Assembly (NCBI GenBank): GCA_021779915.1
Contig: JAJXZR010000015.1
Span: forward strand, 4,521 to 68,520
Reading direction: 5' to 3'
DNA length: 64,000 nt
Source: a bacterium
GTDB lineage: Bacteria > Patescibacteriota > Minisyncoccia > CAIUEV01
Shown: positions 19,978-27,229 of the stretch, in pieces
Position numbering within the stretch: position 1 is the stretch's first letter
Layout: each line of letters opens with the position of its first letter
Translations under genes and position numbers: made by a program
Notes under the pieces: model-generated
The model's database searches: none
What the model was told of the DNA's origin: nothing
The model's input: the letters and a program-made list of their open reading frames with translations, nothing else

Positions 19978-20931
19978 CTAAAAATATCGAGAAAGAGATA
20001 CGTTGATCTTGGTTCCATTTGGAAAGTCTGGCTCAAACCAAGCATCTCCTCCGTGAAGCTCTGCAATCTCTTTGACCGTGGCAAGTCCGATGCCCGACCC
20101 AGCAATTCCTTCCGAATTATTACATCTTTCGAAAATCAAAAACATTTTGTCAGGATCATCAGAATTAACTCCAACTCCATTGTCGGAAACCGAAAAAATG
20201 TGATGATCGATCGCTTTCTTGTAATCAATTCTTATTTCGCTAAGACTATCTCCACCATATTTCAGTGCGTTATCGACTAGATTACGGAACAGCCTGACAA
20301 GGGACATCCTGTCAGTTTTTCTGATTATAATGGGATCTTTAGGCAGTATCAATCTCACTTTTCCGGCGTTCATTTTAGAGGAAAATTCATCCCGAATTAT
20401 TCGGAAAACTTCTCCCACATCTACTCTTTCAATCTTGAGAGGGATCTCTTTGGCTTCCATGTACTCATTAACCATTCTTATCAGATCAGCACTGGTTTCC
20501 GCCGACCTTATTATGGCATCGCAGACAGCGCTTCCTTCTTCATCCAACTCAGATCCGTACTTTCTCTTGAGACGTTTCGCCAATCCTGCTTGAGCAACCG
20601 CCGGACTTTTTAAATCATGCACGATAGAATGAGCAAACCGCCTGAAATTTTCCGCGTTTTTGCTGATTATTTCCTCTCTTTTTATAATTTGTTCAACTAA
20701 CCATCGAACAAAGAAGGCTGTGGAAAAAAATGCGGAAATAATGACAAGTCTCATCCAGGTTTCGTCAGGAGTTATGTAAACAAAGTTTTTTATAAAACCC
20801 CCTCCATCAAAAACATAAGCATCCATAAAGGTTTCCAAAAACCAATAAAATAAAGTTGCTCCCAAGGCAAGCAAATATATTCTCTTGGTGGAAAACCAGG
20901 CTTCAACCATTTTCATCATTTCTTTATCCAT
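19978..20931 (-). CDS. Sensor histidine kinase (orphan)
   Basis: VHDLKSP, NLVDNALKY, DNGVG, GSGIGL. Confidence 0.9.
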   Translation of the reverse strand: MDKEMMKMVEAWFSTKRIYLLALGATLFYWFLETFMDAYVFDGGGFIKNFVYITPDETWMRLVIISAFFSTAFFVRWLVEQIIKREEIISKNAENFRRFAHSIVHDLKSPAVAQAGLAKRLKRKYGSELDEEGSAVCDAIIRSAETSADLIRMVNEYMEAKEIPLKIERVDVGEVFRIIRDEFSSKMNAGKVRLILPKDPIIIRKTDRMSLVRLFRNLVDNALKYGGDSLSEIRIDYKKAIDHHIFSVSDNGVGVNSDDPDKMFLIFERCNNSEGIAGSGIGLATVKEIAELHGGDAWFEPDFPNGTKINVSLSRYF

Positions 20932-21053
20932 AAAAACTCCTGCCTCCTTTGTCGTTTTTTGAAAAAAGAAAACCCCAAAAAGTTCGCCTTTTTGTTAAAG
21001 TTCTTTTAAGTTTAGTACGTAATTACGCCCAATTTTATGCCTTTTTTGAAATC

Positions 21054-22322
21054 TCAAGTAAAAATTGTGGCTAAGATGAGAGCCATTGCGCAAAATCCCA
21101 TAAAAACAGTTATCGCCCAACCAAAAATATTGGAAAGGGAAGAGTTTGAGTATTCTCCCATAATTTTTTTATTATTGGAAACAAACATGATGATTACCAT
21201 CAAAGCGGGGGCACAGACACCGTTGAAAACAGCGGTATAGTAAAGAAGTTTGAAAGGTGGGATCGGTGTTAAATTGATAAGAAGACCGATTAAAGTGGCA
21301 AAGATAATAATTCCATAGAATCCATGAGCTTTCTTAAAAGGACGATAAAGTCCCTCTTTCCATCCTAAAATTTCTGAAAGCGCATAAGAAGCCGAACCGG
21401 CTAGAACTGGCACTGCAAGGAGCCCAATTCCTACAATTCCCATAGTAAAAAGAAGGTAAGCGAAATTACCGGCAAGCGGACGAAGAGCCTCAGCTGCCTG
21501 ATCGGCTGTTTGAATATCTTTTATTCCGTGCATTCCTAAGGTAGAAGCGGTTGCCACAATAATAAAAAACATCGCCATATTGGAAAAAAACATTCCAAAA
21601 AAAGTATCAACTCGAAGGTCATGAATATTCTTTTTATTAATTTTTGGTGTCGCACACCCCATACTGCTCAACTTGTGGCATTCAATCTCTTCCTCCACTT
21701 CTTCACTAGCTTGCCAAAAAAACAAATAGGGAGAAATAGTTGTCCCGAGAATGGCTACAATATTCAAAAGGTATTCTTTTTTAAAAGAAAAGGTGGGAAT
21801 AAAAGTATCGTGTAAAATATGTTTCCAGTTCTCATTGACAATAAAAGCTACTATCACATAAGTTAGAAGAGATAAGCCAAAATATTTTAAAATTCTAGAA
21901 TATATTCTGTAAGGAATAAAAACTTGTAAAATAAGAGTTAGCGCCGTTATCGAGAACAACCAAAAAATAAAATTAACGCCCGCCAACATTTTCATTGAAG
22001 CCGCCATCGCTCCTAAGTCCGCCCCTATATTGAAAGTGTTAGCTAGAAGAACAAGAATGACGGCAAAATACAGCACTTTTTTGGAATAGTGCTCTTTGAT
22101 CACTTTAGACAAGCCTTTTCCTGTAACCAAACCGATTCTTCCGCATATTTCCTGAATAACCAGCATAAAAGGGAAAGAAAAAAAGGCCGTCCACAACTGG
22201 GAAAACCCAAACTGAGCCCCCGTCTGGGAATAGGTTCCAATCCCCGAAGGATCATCATCTGAAGCTCCCGTAACGAATCCCGGACCGATAGACTTTAGAA
22301 TTTTTTTTATTTTTTTCATCAT
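21054..22322 (-). CDS. NRAMP-family divalent metal transporter
   Basis: GPG..DDDPSG, GTTISPYLFFWQ. Confidence 0.9.
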   Translation of the reverse strand: MMKKIKKILKSIGPGFVTGASDDDPSGIGTYSQTGAQFGFSQLWTAFFSFPFMLVIQEICGRIGLVTGKGLSKVIKEHYSKKVLYFAVILVLLANTFNIGADLGAMAASMKMLAGVNFIFWLFSITALTLILQVFIPYRIYSRILKYFGLSLLTYVIVAFIVNENWKHILHDTFIPTFSFKKEYLLNIVAILGTTISPYLFFWQASEEVEEEIECHKLSSMGCATPKINKKNIHDLRVDTFFGMFFSNMAMFFIIVATASTLGMHGIKDIQTADQAAEALRPLAGNFAYLLFTMGIVGIGLLAVPVLAGSASYALSEILGWKEGLYRPFKKAHGFYGIIIFATLIGLLINLTPIPPFKLLYYTAVFNGVCAPALMVIIMFVSNNKKIMGEYSNSSLSNIFGWAITVFMGFCAMALILATIFT

Positions 22323-22378
22323 TTTTATTTTGTATTGAAAGTGAGTGGGTAGATTAATTTAACATGATTTTTAAAGAC

Positions 22379-22409
22379 GTGTCATCCCGGGTCAAGCCCG
22401 GGATGACAC
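22379..22409. repeat. Collapsed single-hairpin REP element
   Basis: GTGTCATCCCGGG-TCAAG-CCCGGGATGACAC. Confidence 0.9.
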
Positions 22410-22444
22410 ATTAACTGAAAGGTCTGCAACCACAATATTTCACC

Positions 22445-23560
22445 TTATTTAAACTCAATCTCTACAATCTCTGGGTCAGCCCCCAGCCTCATTGGAGGAC
22501 CCCAAGTGCCAGTACCGGTTGAAGTGTAAACCAACAGATTTCCCAGTTTATGCAATCCCGATTCATATCCGTAAAAAATCAATTTAGAAATGTAATTCAT
22601 CGGGAACATCTGTCCTCCATGGGAATGACCGGAAATTTGGAAGGAGATTCCCGCTTTTTCCGCTTCTTCTACATAAAAGGGCGAGTGCTTTAAGAGAATC
22701 GAAGGTTTATTCGGGTCTATTTTTAGACTCTCCAACACTTTTTTATATTGTTCCCGGCTTGAGGTATCCCGATAGTCCACTCCGATTAGTTGTAGTCCAG
22801 AAATATCAACCATTTCGTTATTTAAAATTTTCATATTAACTTTTCTGGCCGCATCCAAGTATTTTTGGTTGCCATCGAATTCTTCATGATTTCCTGTAAC
22901 ATAATAGACACCAAGCGAAGCCTTAAGCCCCAGAAATGGGGCTGAAACTTTATCAAGATTAGTGTCTGCTCCATCATAAAGATCTCCGCCAACGAAAACT
23001 ATATCCGGATTTATTTCGTTGATTTTTTGGGTAACTTCCTTGGCAAATTTTTCGCCTCGAACCTGCCCCAGATGAACGTCACTGATCCAAACTGCTTTTT
23101 TCCCTTGCCAAGACTGGGGAAGATTCAGAAGCGTAATATCCAGATTTTTAGTTCTTATGTCATTGGCGTTAACAGTCGAATAGGCCGCCAAGACCACTGC
23201 GAACGAAAACAAGGTCCCGATAATAATTTTTGGATTAAACCCCAAGGAAAATTTCTCGCCCAGCAAATTTACCCCCCAAGCGACAGCACAAGCAAAAAAC
23301 AGAAAAAATAACAACCCTACCCAATAAAAAGTCAGGTTATAAAACACTTTCACTGCCGTGCTTTGATACCGAGAAGAGAGTAGGGAAGCAATGATAAAGG
23401 TAGTACTTAAAAAGCCAAAAACTATTTTCAAATAAAAAACCGTTTCTTTGCTTTCGATACTAAAAAACTTAACAATCGTCTTAAAAACAAAAAAATGGCA
23501 AAGATACAATATCGCCTGGATAACAATGAGAATAACAATGAATAGGAGGTAAAGCATCAA
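22445..23560 (-). CDS. Membrane-bound metallophosphoesterase (YkuE/YaeI-like)
   Basis: N-terminal TMs; SDVH, GGDLYD, GNHE, GHSHGGQ, GPPMR. Confidence 0.9.
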   Translation of the reverse strand: MMLYLLFIVILIVIQAILYLCHFFVFKTIVKFFSIESKETVFYLKIVFGFLSTTFIIASLLSSRYQSTAVKVFYNLTFYWVGLLFFLFFACAVAWGVNLLGEKFSLGFNPKIIIGTLFSFAVVLAAYSTVNANDIRTKNLDITLLNLPQSWQGKKAVWISDVHLGQVRGEKFAKEVTQKINEINPDIVFVGGDLYDGADTNLDKVSAPFLGLKASLGVYYVTGNHEEFDGNQKYLDAARKVNMKILNNEMVDISGLQLIGVDYRDTSSREQYKKVLESLKIDPNKPSILLKHSPFYVEEAEKAGISFQISGHSHGGQMFPMNYISKLIFYGYESGLHKLGNLLVYTSTGTGTWGPPMRLGADPEIVEIEFK

Positions 23561-23729
23561 ATTCTAATTAATTGTCTGAGTATGATTTCAAAACGATATT
23601 TTTTAGTCTACTGGAAAAAATTAAAAAAAGGAATTTTTTGCTAAAAAAATAATCTTTCGTTAGTGTTGAAAAGTTGTTTTGAAGTATTTCATAATATTTC
23701 TCAGAACAATACTTCTAAAAGGAGGAGAA

Positions 23730-24203
23730 ATGCCGGCTTTTAAAAATTCGACTTTCAGAATTGATTCTTTCTGCTCGCATACTTGCGACCATCTTATCGT
23801 TCTTTGTAGCGATTTCCGCTTTGGAAAAGCTAATTTAAAATTTCTCAAGGAGGAGGGGATCGATGTTTATGACGAAATCAGGATTCCCGGAGGAATCAAG
23901 AGCTTGGTAGACTCAATCGGCAGTTTTATAGATGAAGAGTCTTTTGTTTTTAATTGGATAAAATTTTTCCATTTCAAACACAAAGTCCGATTAGTCCACC
24001 TTGTTTCTCACGCGAACTGTGGCAAATACATTGCAGATGGAATTGTTTTTGATGACGACGAAGCAGAAGAGCTCTTCCACAGAAGACAACTTTTCGTCGC
24101 CGGAGGATTTCTGGAGCAATCTTTTCCAAAAATCAGGACTTTTCTGCATTACGCCAAAATGTCAAAAAACCGAAAAAAAGTCGAGTATGTCAAAGTCGAA
24201 TAA
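23730..24203 (+). CDS. Putative beta-type carbonic anhydrase-like protein
   Basis: CSDFR and HANCG Zn ligands; GGAGG SD before the ATG at 23730. Confidence 0.7.
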   Translation: MPAFKNSTFRIDSFCSHTCDHLIVLCSDFRFGKANLKFLKEEGIDVYDEIRIPGGIKSLVDSIGSFIDEESFVFNWIKFFHFKHKVRLVHLVSHANCGKYIADGIVFDDDEAEELFHRRQLFVAGGFLEQSFPKIRTFLHYAKMSKNRKKVEYVKVE

Positions 24204-24234
24204 ATCAAAGCAAAAAGAGCGGGAACCCGCTCTT

Positions 24235-24480
24235 TTAAAATTTCTTGTAAGTTTTTTCTGATCTGCGTTCGATTGCTAGAACAAATATTTTTTTATTTTG
24301 GTCTTTCTTAAAAATAATTCGAATATTTCCTTTTCTTATTCTAAAAATATCTTGATTGCCTCTCAATCTTTTTATATCAAGACCGAAGTAAGCATTATTT
24401 TTTATCAAGACCAGGATTTTTCTTACTTGGATTTTTTCCTTCGAATTCAATTTCTGCAGAGCTTTAGTTATTTTATCCAT
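24235..24480 (-). CDS. RelE/ParE-family toxin
   Basis: DIKRLRG..FRIRKGNIRIIF; basic, 81 aa. Confidence 0.8.
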   Translation of the reverse strand: MDKITKALQKLNSKEKIQVRKILVLIKNNAYFGLDIKRLRGNQDIFRIRKGNIRIIFKKDQNKKIFVLAIERRSEKTYKKF

Positions 24481-24482
24481 AA

Positions 24483-24713
24483 TTAAAGTCGGGATAAAAG
24501 ATCATCTATTTCCACTCCGCCTTTCTGAATTTTGGTAAAATCCAAAACTTCTTCCCACTGCTCCTCGGAAGGGGGACTGATTTTAAAAATAGGTTTTAAG
24601 TGTCTGAGCACAAGAAAAGATTCTCCTTTTGAAACCCTTTTTACATATTTTTCAGTATTCTCACGAAGATCTCTAAGTCCAACAACATTGTTCATTCTTT
24701 TTATGTTAATCAT
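24483..24713 (-). CDS. Phd/YefM-family antitoxin
   Basis: VGLRDLREN..VSKGESFLVLR..KP; directly upstream of the toxin. Confidence 0.8.
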   Translation of the reverse strand: MINIKRMNNVVGLRDLRENTEKYVKRVSKGESFLVLRHLKPIFKISPPSEEQWEEVLDFTKIQKGGVEIDDLLSRL

Positions 24714-24717
24714 TAGT

Positions 24718-25932
24718 TTAACAAAAGATTAACATATTTTTGTAAGCTGTCAAAAAAACGAGGAGTTTAGTGGCAAGTAAAAAGTTGCAAATTACAAAAA
24801 TTTTTCTTTCCACTTTTAGCTTGCTACTTGCAACTAATTTCCCCACTATCTTCCTTCTCAATCTAAACGTATTCGCCTGTTCAAACATTCCATAATAAGA
24901 ACAAAAACCGCAGAAAGCCTTTCTTTTTTGTTGTGCTGAAATTTCTCCAAGTCTTGAAATCTTTATCCATTCTTCCAGCTTTTTATAAGCGTTTCCCTTG
25001 GTTCGATTTTTTATATACACCCTGTAAGGCAAAATGATTCGACCAAGAAACATCACTCCCTTGCTGTAGTGTTGAAGATAAAATTTTTTTCGATGGAGGT
25101 GAAGGAATAGATTGTTGCTGAGATATTCATCCAGAACAGGGAAAAATAGTTTTAGAAAATCCTTGTCTTCGTGAACAAACAGAAGATCGTCGACATATCG
25201 ACCGTAATATTTACATCCCAGAATATTTTTAATGAAATGATCAAAATCATTGAGATAAATGTTGGCAAAAAGTTGGGAGGTCAGGTTTCCGATTGGCAAG
25301 CCTCTGTCTTTTTCTGAAAAAAACAAGCTTTTTGATTTGGGAAGGCCAACCCAGTTTTCCTTTCTTCCTTTAACGACACAGTTTTTGGTTGGGTCGTTGA
25401 AAAGGACTTTTCGTGTAAGCCAGAGGACCAGTTCTTTGTCAAAACCAATCCTGAATTCAAATTTTTTAAGAATTTTCTCAATTTTTTCAAAAAGAATGTT
25501 CTTGTCGATTGACATAAAATAGCCTGAGATGTCGAGTTTCAGAATGTAGCAGTTCTGTTGATAATTTTTTGAGCAGGAACGGATAAAATGCTCCGCTCTT
25601 TTTCCACCACAAGAAGTCCCTCTACCGAAACGGCAACTGTAACTGTCGTTTATAAAAATCCTTTCACAAAGGGGATTGAGATAGTTGAAAATCAAATGGT
25701 GGACAATTCGGTCACGGAAATCACCGGCAAAAATTTCTCTTTTGACCGGAGAGAAAGAAACAAAACAAATGCTTCGGGAAATCTCATATTTCCGACTAAC
25801 AATTTCCTTGTAAAGTCGAAAAAGTTCCTTTTCATAATTAAGTTCAAACCTTATGGCGCTTGCAGTTTTTCTCTTGTGCTTCCGCGCATCGAAGTAAGCT
25901 TGGAAAAGATCGAGGAGGAGTTGGGGAGGCAT
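24718..25932 (-). CDS. Reverse transcriptase of a diversity-generating retroelement
   Basis: KREI..FRDRIVHH, LDISGYF, GLPIGNLTSQLFANIYLN, YVDD; adjacent to TR and avd; likely start ATG 25932. Confidence 0.95.
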   Translation of the reverse strand: MPPQLLLDLFQAYFDARKHKRKTASAIRFELNYEKELFRLYKEIVSRKYEISRSICFVSFSPVKREIFAGDFRDRIVHHLIFNYLNPLCERIFINDSYSCRFGRGTSCGGKRAEHFIRSCSKNYQQNCYILKLDISGYFMSIDKNILFEKIEKILKKFEFRIGFDKELVLWLTRKVLFNDPTKNCVVKGRKENWVGLPKSKSLFFSEKDRGLPIGNLTSQLFANIYLNDFDHFIKNILGCKYYGRYVDDLLFVHEDKDFLKLFFPVLDEYLSNNLFLHLHRKKFYLQHYSKGVMFLGRIILPYRVYIKNRTKGNAYKKLEEWIKISRLGEISAQQKRKAFCGFCSYYGMFEQANTFRLRRKIVGKLVASSKLKVERKIFVICNFLLATKLLVFLTAYKNMLIFC

Positions 25933-25940
25933 AGATAGAT

Positions 25941-26101
25941 GAGTAGCAAGTAGGAAAGTAGCAAGTAGCAAGAATTATGAGAGTTGCAAGTTGCAAGTTG
26001 CAAGTTGCAAGTTGCAAGAAAAAATTCTTGTTACTTATTACTTGTTACTTTTTCTCTTGCTACTTGTTACTTGTTACTTGCCACTTGTCATACTTGCTAC
26101 T
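25941..26101. repeat. 7-mer-repeat hairpin (AGTTGCA/AGTAGCA ... CTTGTTA/CTTGCTA) between TR and RT
   Basis: Includes (TTGCAAG)5; centre CAAGAAAAAATTCTTG. Confidence 0.85.
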
Positions 26102-26142
26102 AATTTCCGGGCTCCTCCCCTTACGGTGAGGAAGCATTTTTG

Positions 26143-26326
26143 TCAGTGCTTGAGGCAACGAACCGAAAAGCCGTTCGCCTTCGAATTCAGGTTCCGATTG
26201 ACCGTGGCGTTACTCGAATTCAGATTGCGATTCCATGCGGACGTACCACTGGGGGAAGACGACCAAAAGTTGGCGTTCGTCCCGAGATTGGCAAAGGAGC
26301 CATCGGTATTGCGGTTGCCGGCTAGC
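26143..26326 (-). ncRNA. DGR template repeat (TR)
   Basis: 166/184 identical to 27046-27229; AAC/AAT codons at the variable positions; followed by a GTAA-tetraloop hairpin at 26111-26135. Confidence 0.92.
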
Positions 26327-26581
26327 GCTATAATAATCATTAAACTATTTACCCTTTGCCAAAGGCAAAAAATAAACGAGACCTTGCTGGGAAAGACCTC
26401 CATACCTCGCTTAAAGTTCGTCTAAACGAGAAGATTATTGGACTGACGAAATGGCACTCTTACCTGCGCCGTAGCAACAAGCAACTCCGGCCCGAACGAG
26501 TAACAAGTAAAGAAAGTTGCAAGTTACAAGAAGAAAGTAGTAAGTTGCAAGAATTATGAGAGTTGCAAGAAAAAATTCTTG

Positions 26582-26926
26582 TCACTTGCTACTCGTTCTC
26601 CATCCTGTCAACTGTTTGCTCACTCTCTCCAACTTCAAATTCAACGTGACGAACTTGTCTATATCGATCAGTTTGAGATCATTGGATAATCGCAGGAATA
26701 ATCTGATTGTTTCGACGTTTTCCCGCGCCTTTTGAATGTTTTCTTTTCTTTTTTCAAAAGAGCTGTTGGCTCGATAGATGTTCACGATCATCTCAATCAT
26801 TTCTTTCTTCATACTCTCTCCCAGGGTGAATTTGTATTCCCGAGAGAAGTTTCTGATGAATTTGAACAAATCCAGCAGAAGCTCATAACTGTCGTGGTAA
26901 ACTGGAAGATCGCTGGAAAGGGACAT
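26582..26926 (-). CDS. avd: DGR accessory variability determinant (four-helix-bundle, bAvd-like)
   Basis: LPVY, FSREYKFTLGE, LRLSNDL, KQLTGW; lies between target and TR. Confidence 0.85.
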   Translation of the reverse strand: MSLSSDLPVYHDSYELLLDLFKFIRNFSREYKFTLGESMKKEMIEMIVNIYRANSSFEKRKENIQKARENVETIRLFLRLSNDLKLIDIDKFVTLNLKLERVSKQLTGWRTSSK

Positions 26927-26927
26927 G

Positions 26928-27007
26928 GGGGGGAGTTACAAGTTGTAAGTAAAAAGTGGCAAGATTTTTTTCTTGCAACTTACTACTTGTAACTTGTAAC
27001 TCCCCCC
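26928..27007. repeat. Imperfect hairpin with about 37-bp arms downstream of VR
   Basis: GGGGGGAGTTACAAG ... CTTGTAACTCCCCCC. Confidence 0.85.
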
Positions 27008-27015
27008 TCATTTTT

Positions 27016-27047
27016 AAAGAGTCAAAGAGTCAAAGAGTCAAAGAGTC
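27016..27047. repeat. Tandem 8-mer (AAAGAGTC)4 abutting the target stop codon
   Basis: Four exact units. Confidence 0.95.
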
Positions 27048-27229
27048 AGTCCTTGAGGCAACGGACAGAAAAGCCGTACGCCTTCGAATTCAGGGTCCGA
27101 TAGACCGTGGCGTTGCTCGAATTCAGATCGCGATGCCATGCAGACGTACCACTGGGAGAGGAAGACCAAAAGTAGGCGTTCGTCCCGAGAAGGGCAAACG
27201 AGCCATCGGTATTGCGGTAGCCGGCTAGC
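27046..27229 (-). repeat. DGR variable repeat (VR)
   Basis: Last 61 codons of the target; eight TR Asn codons appear as Y, L, Y, H, D, Y, T, Y. Confidence 0.92.

Noticed and set aside
24718-25932. RT as group II intron, retron or CRISPR-associated RT
   Set aside because: No recognisable maturase/intron structure, msr-msd or cas genes; GNLTSQ motif plus avd and TR/VR indicate a DGR
26143-26403. 86-aa ORF resembling the target C-terminus
   Set aside because: It is the translation of the non-coding TR (Asn-rich at variable sites), not an independent gene
25991-26559. Plus-strand ORFs 25991-26425, 26140-26325 and 26356-26559
   Set aside because: Antisense to TR or built from 7-mer repeats (LLVTCY, SCKLQ patterns)
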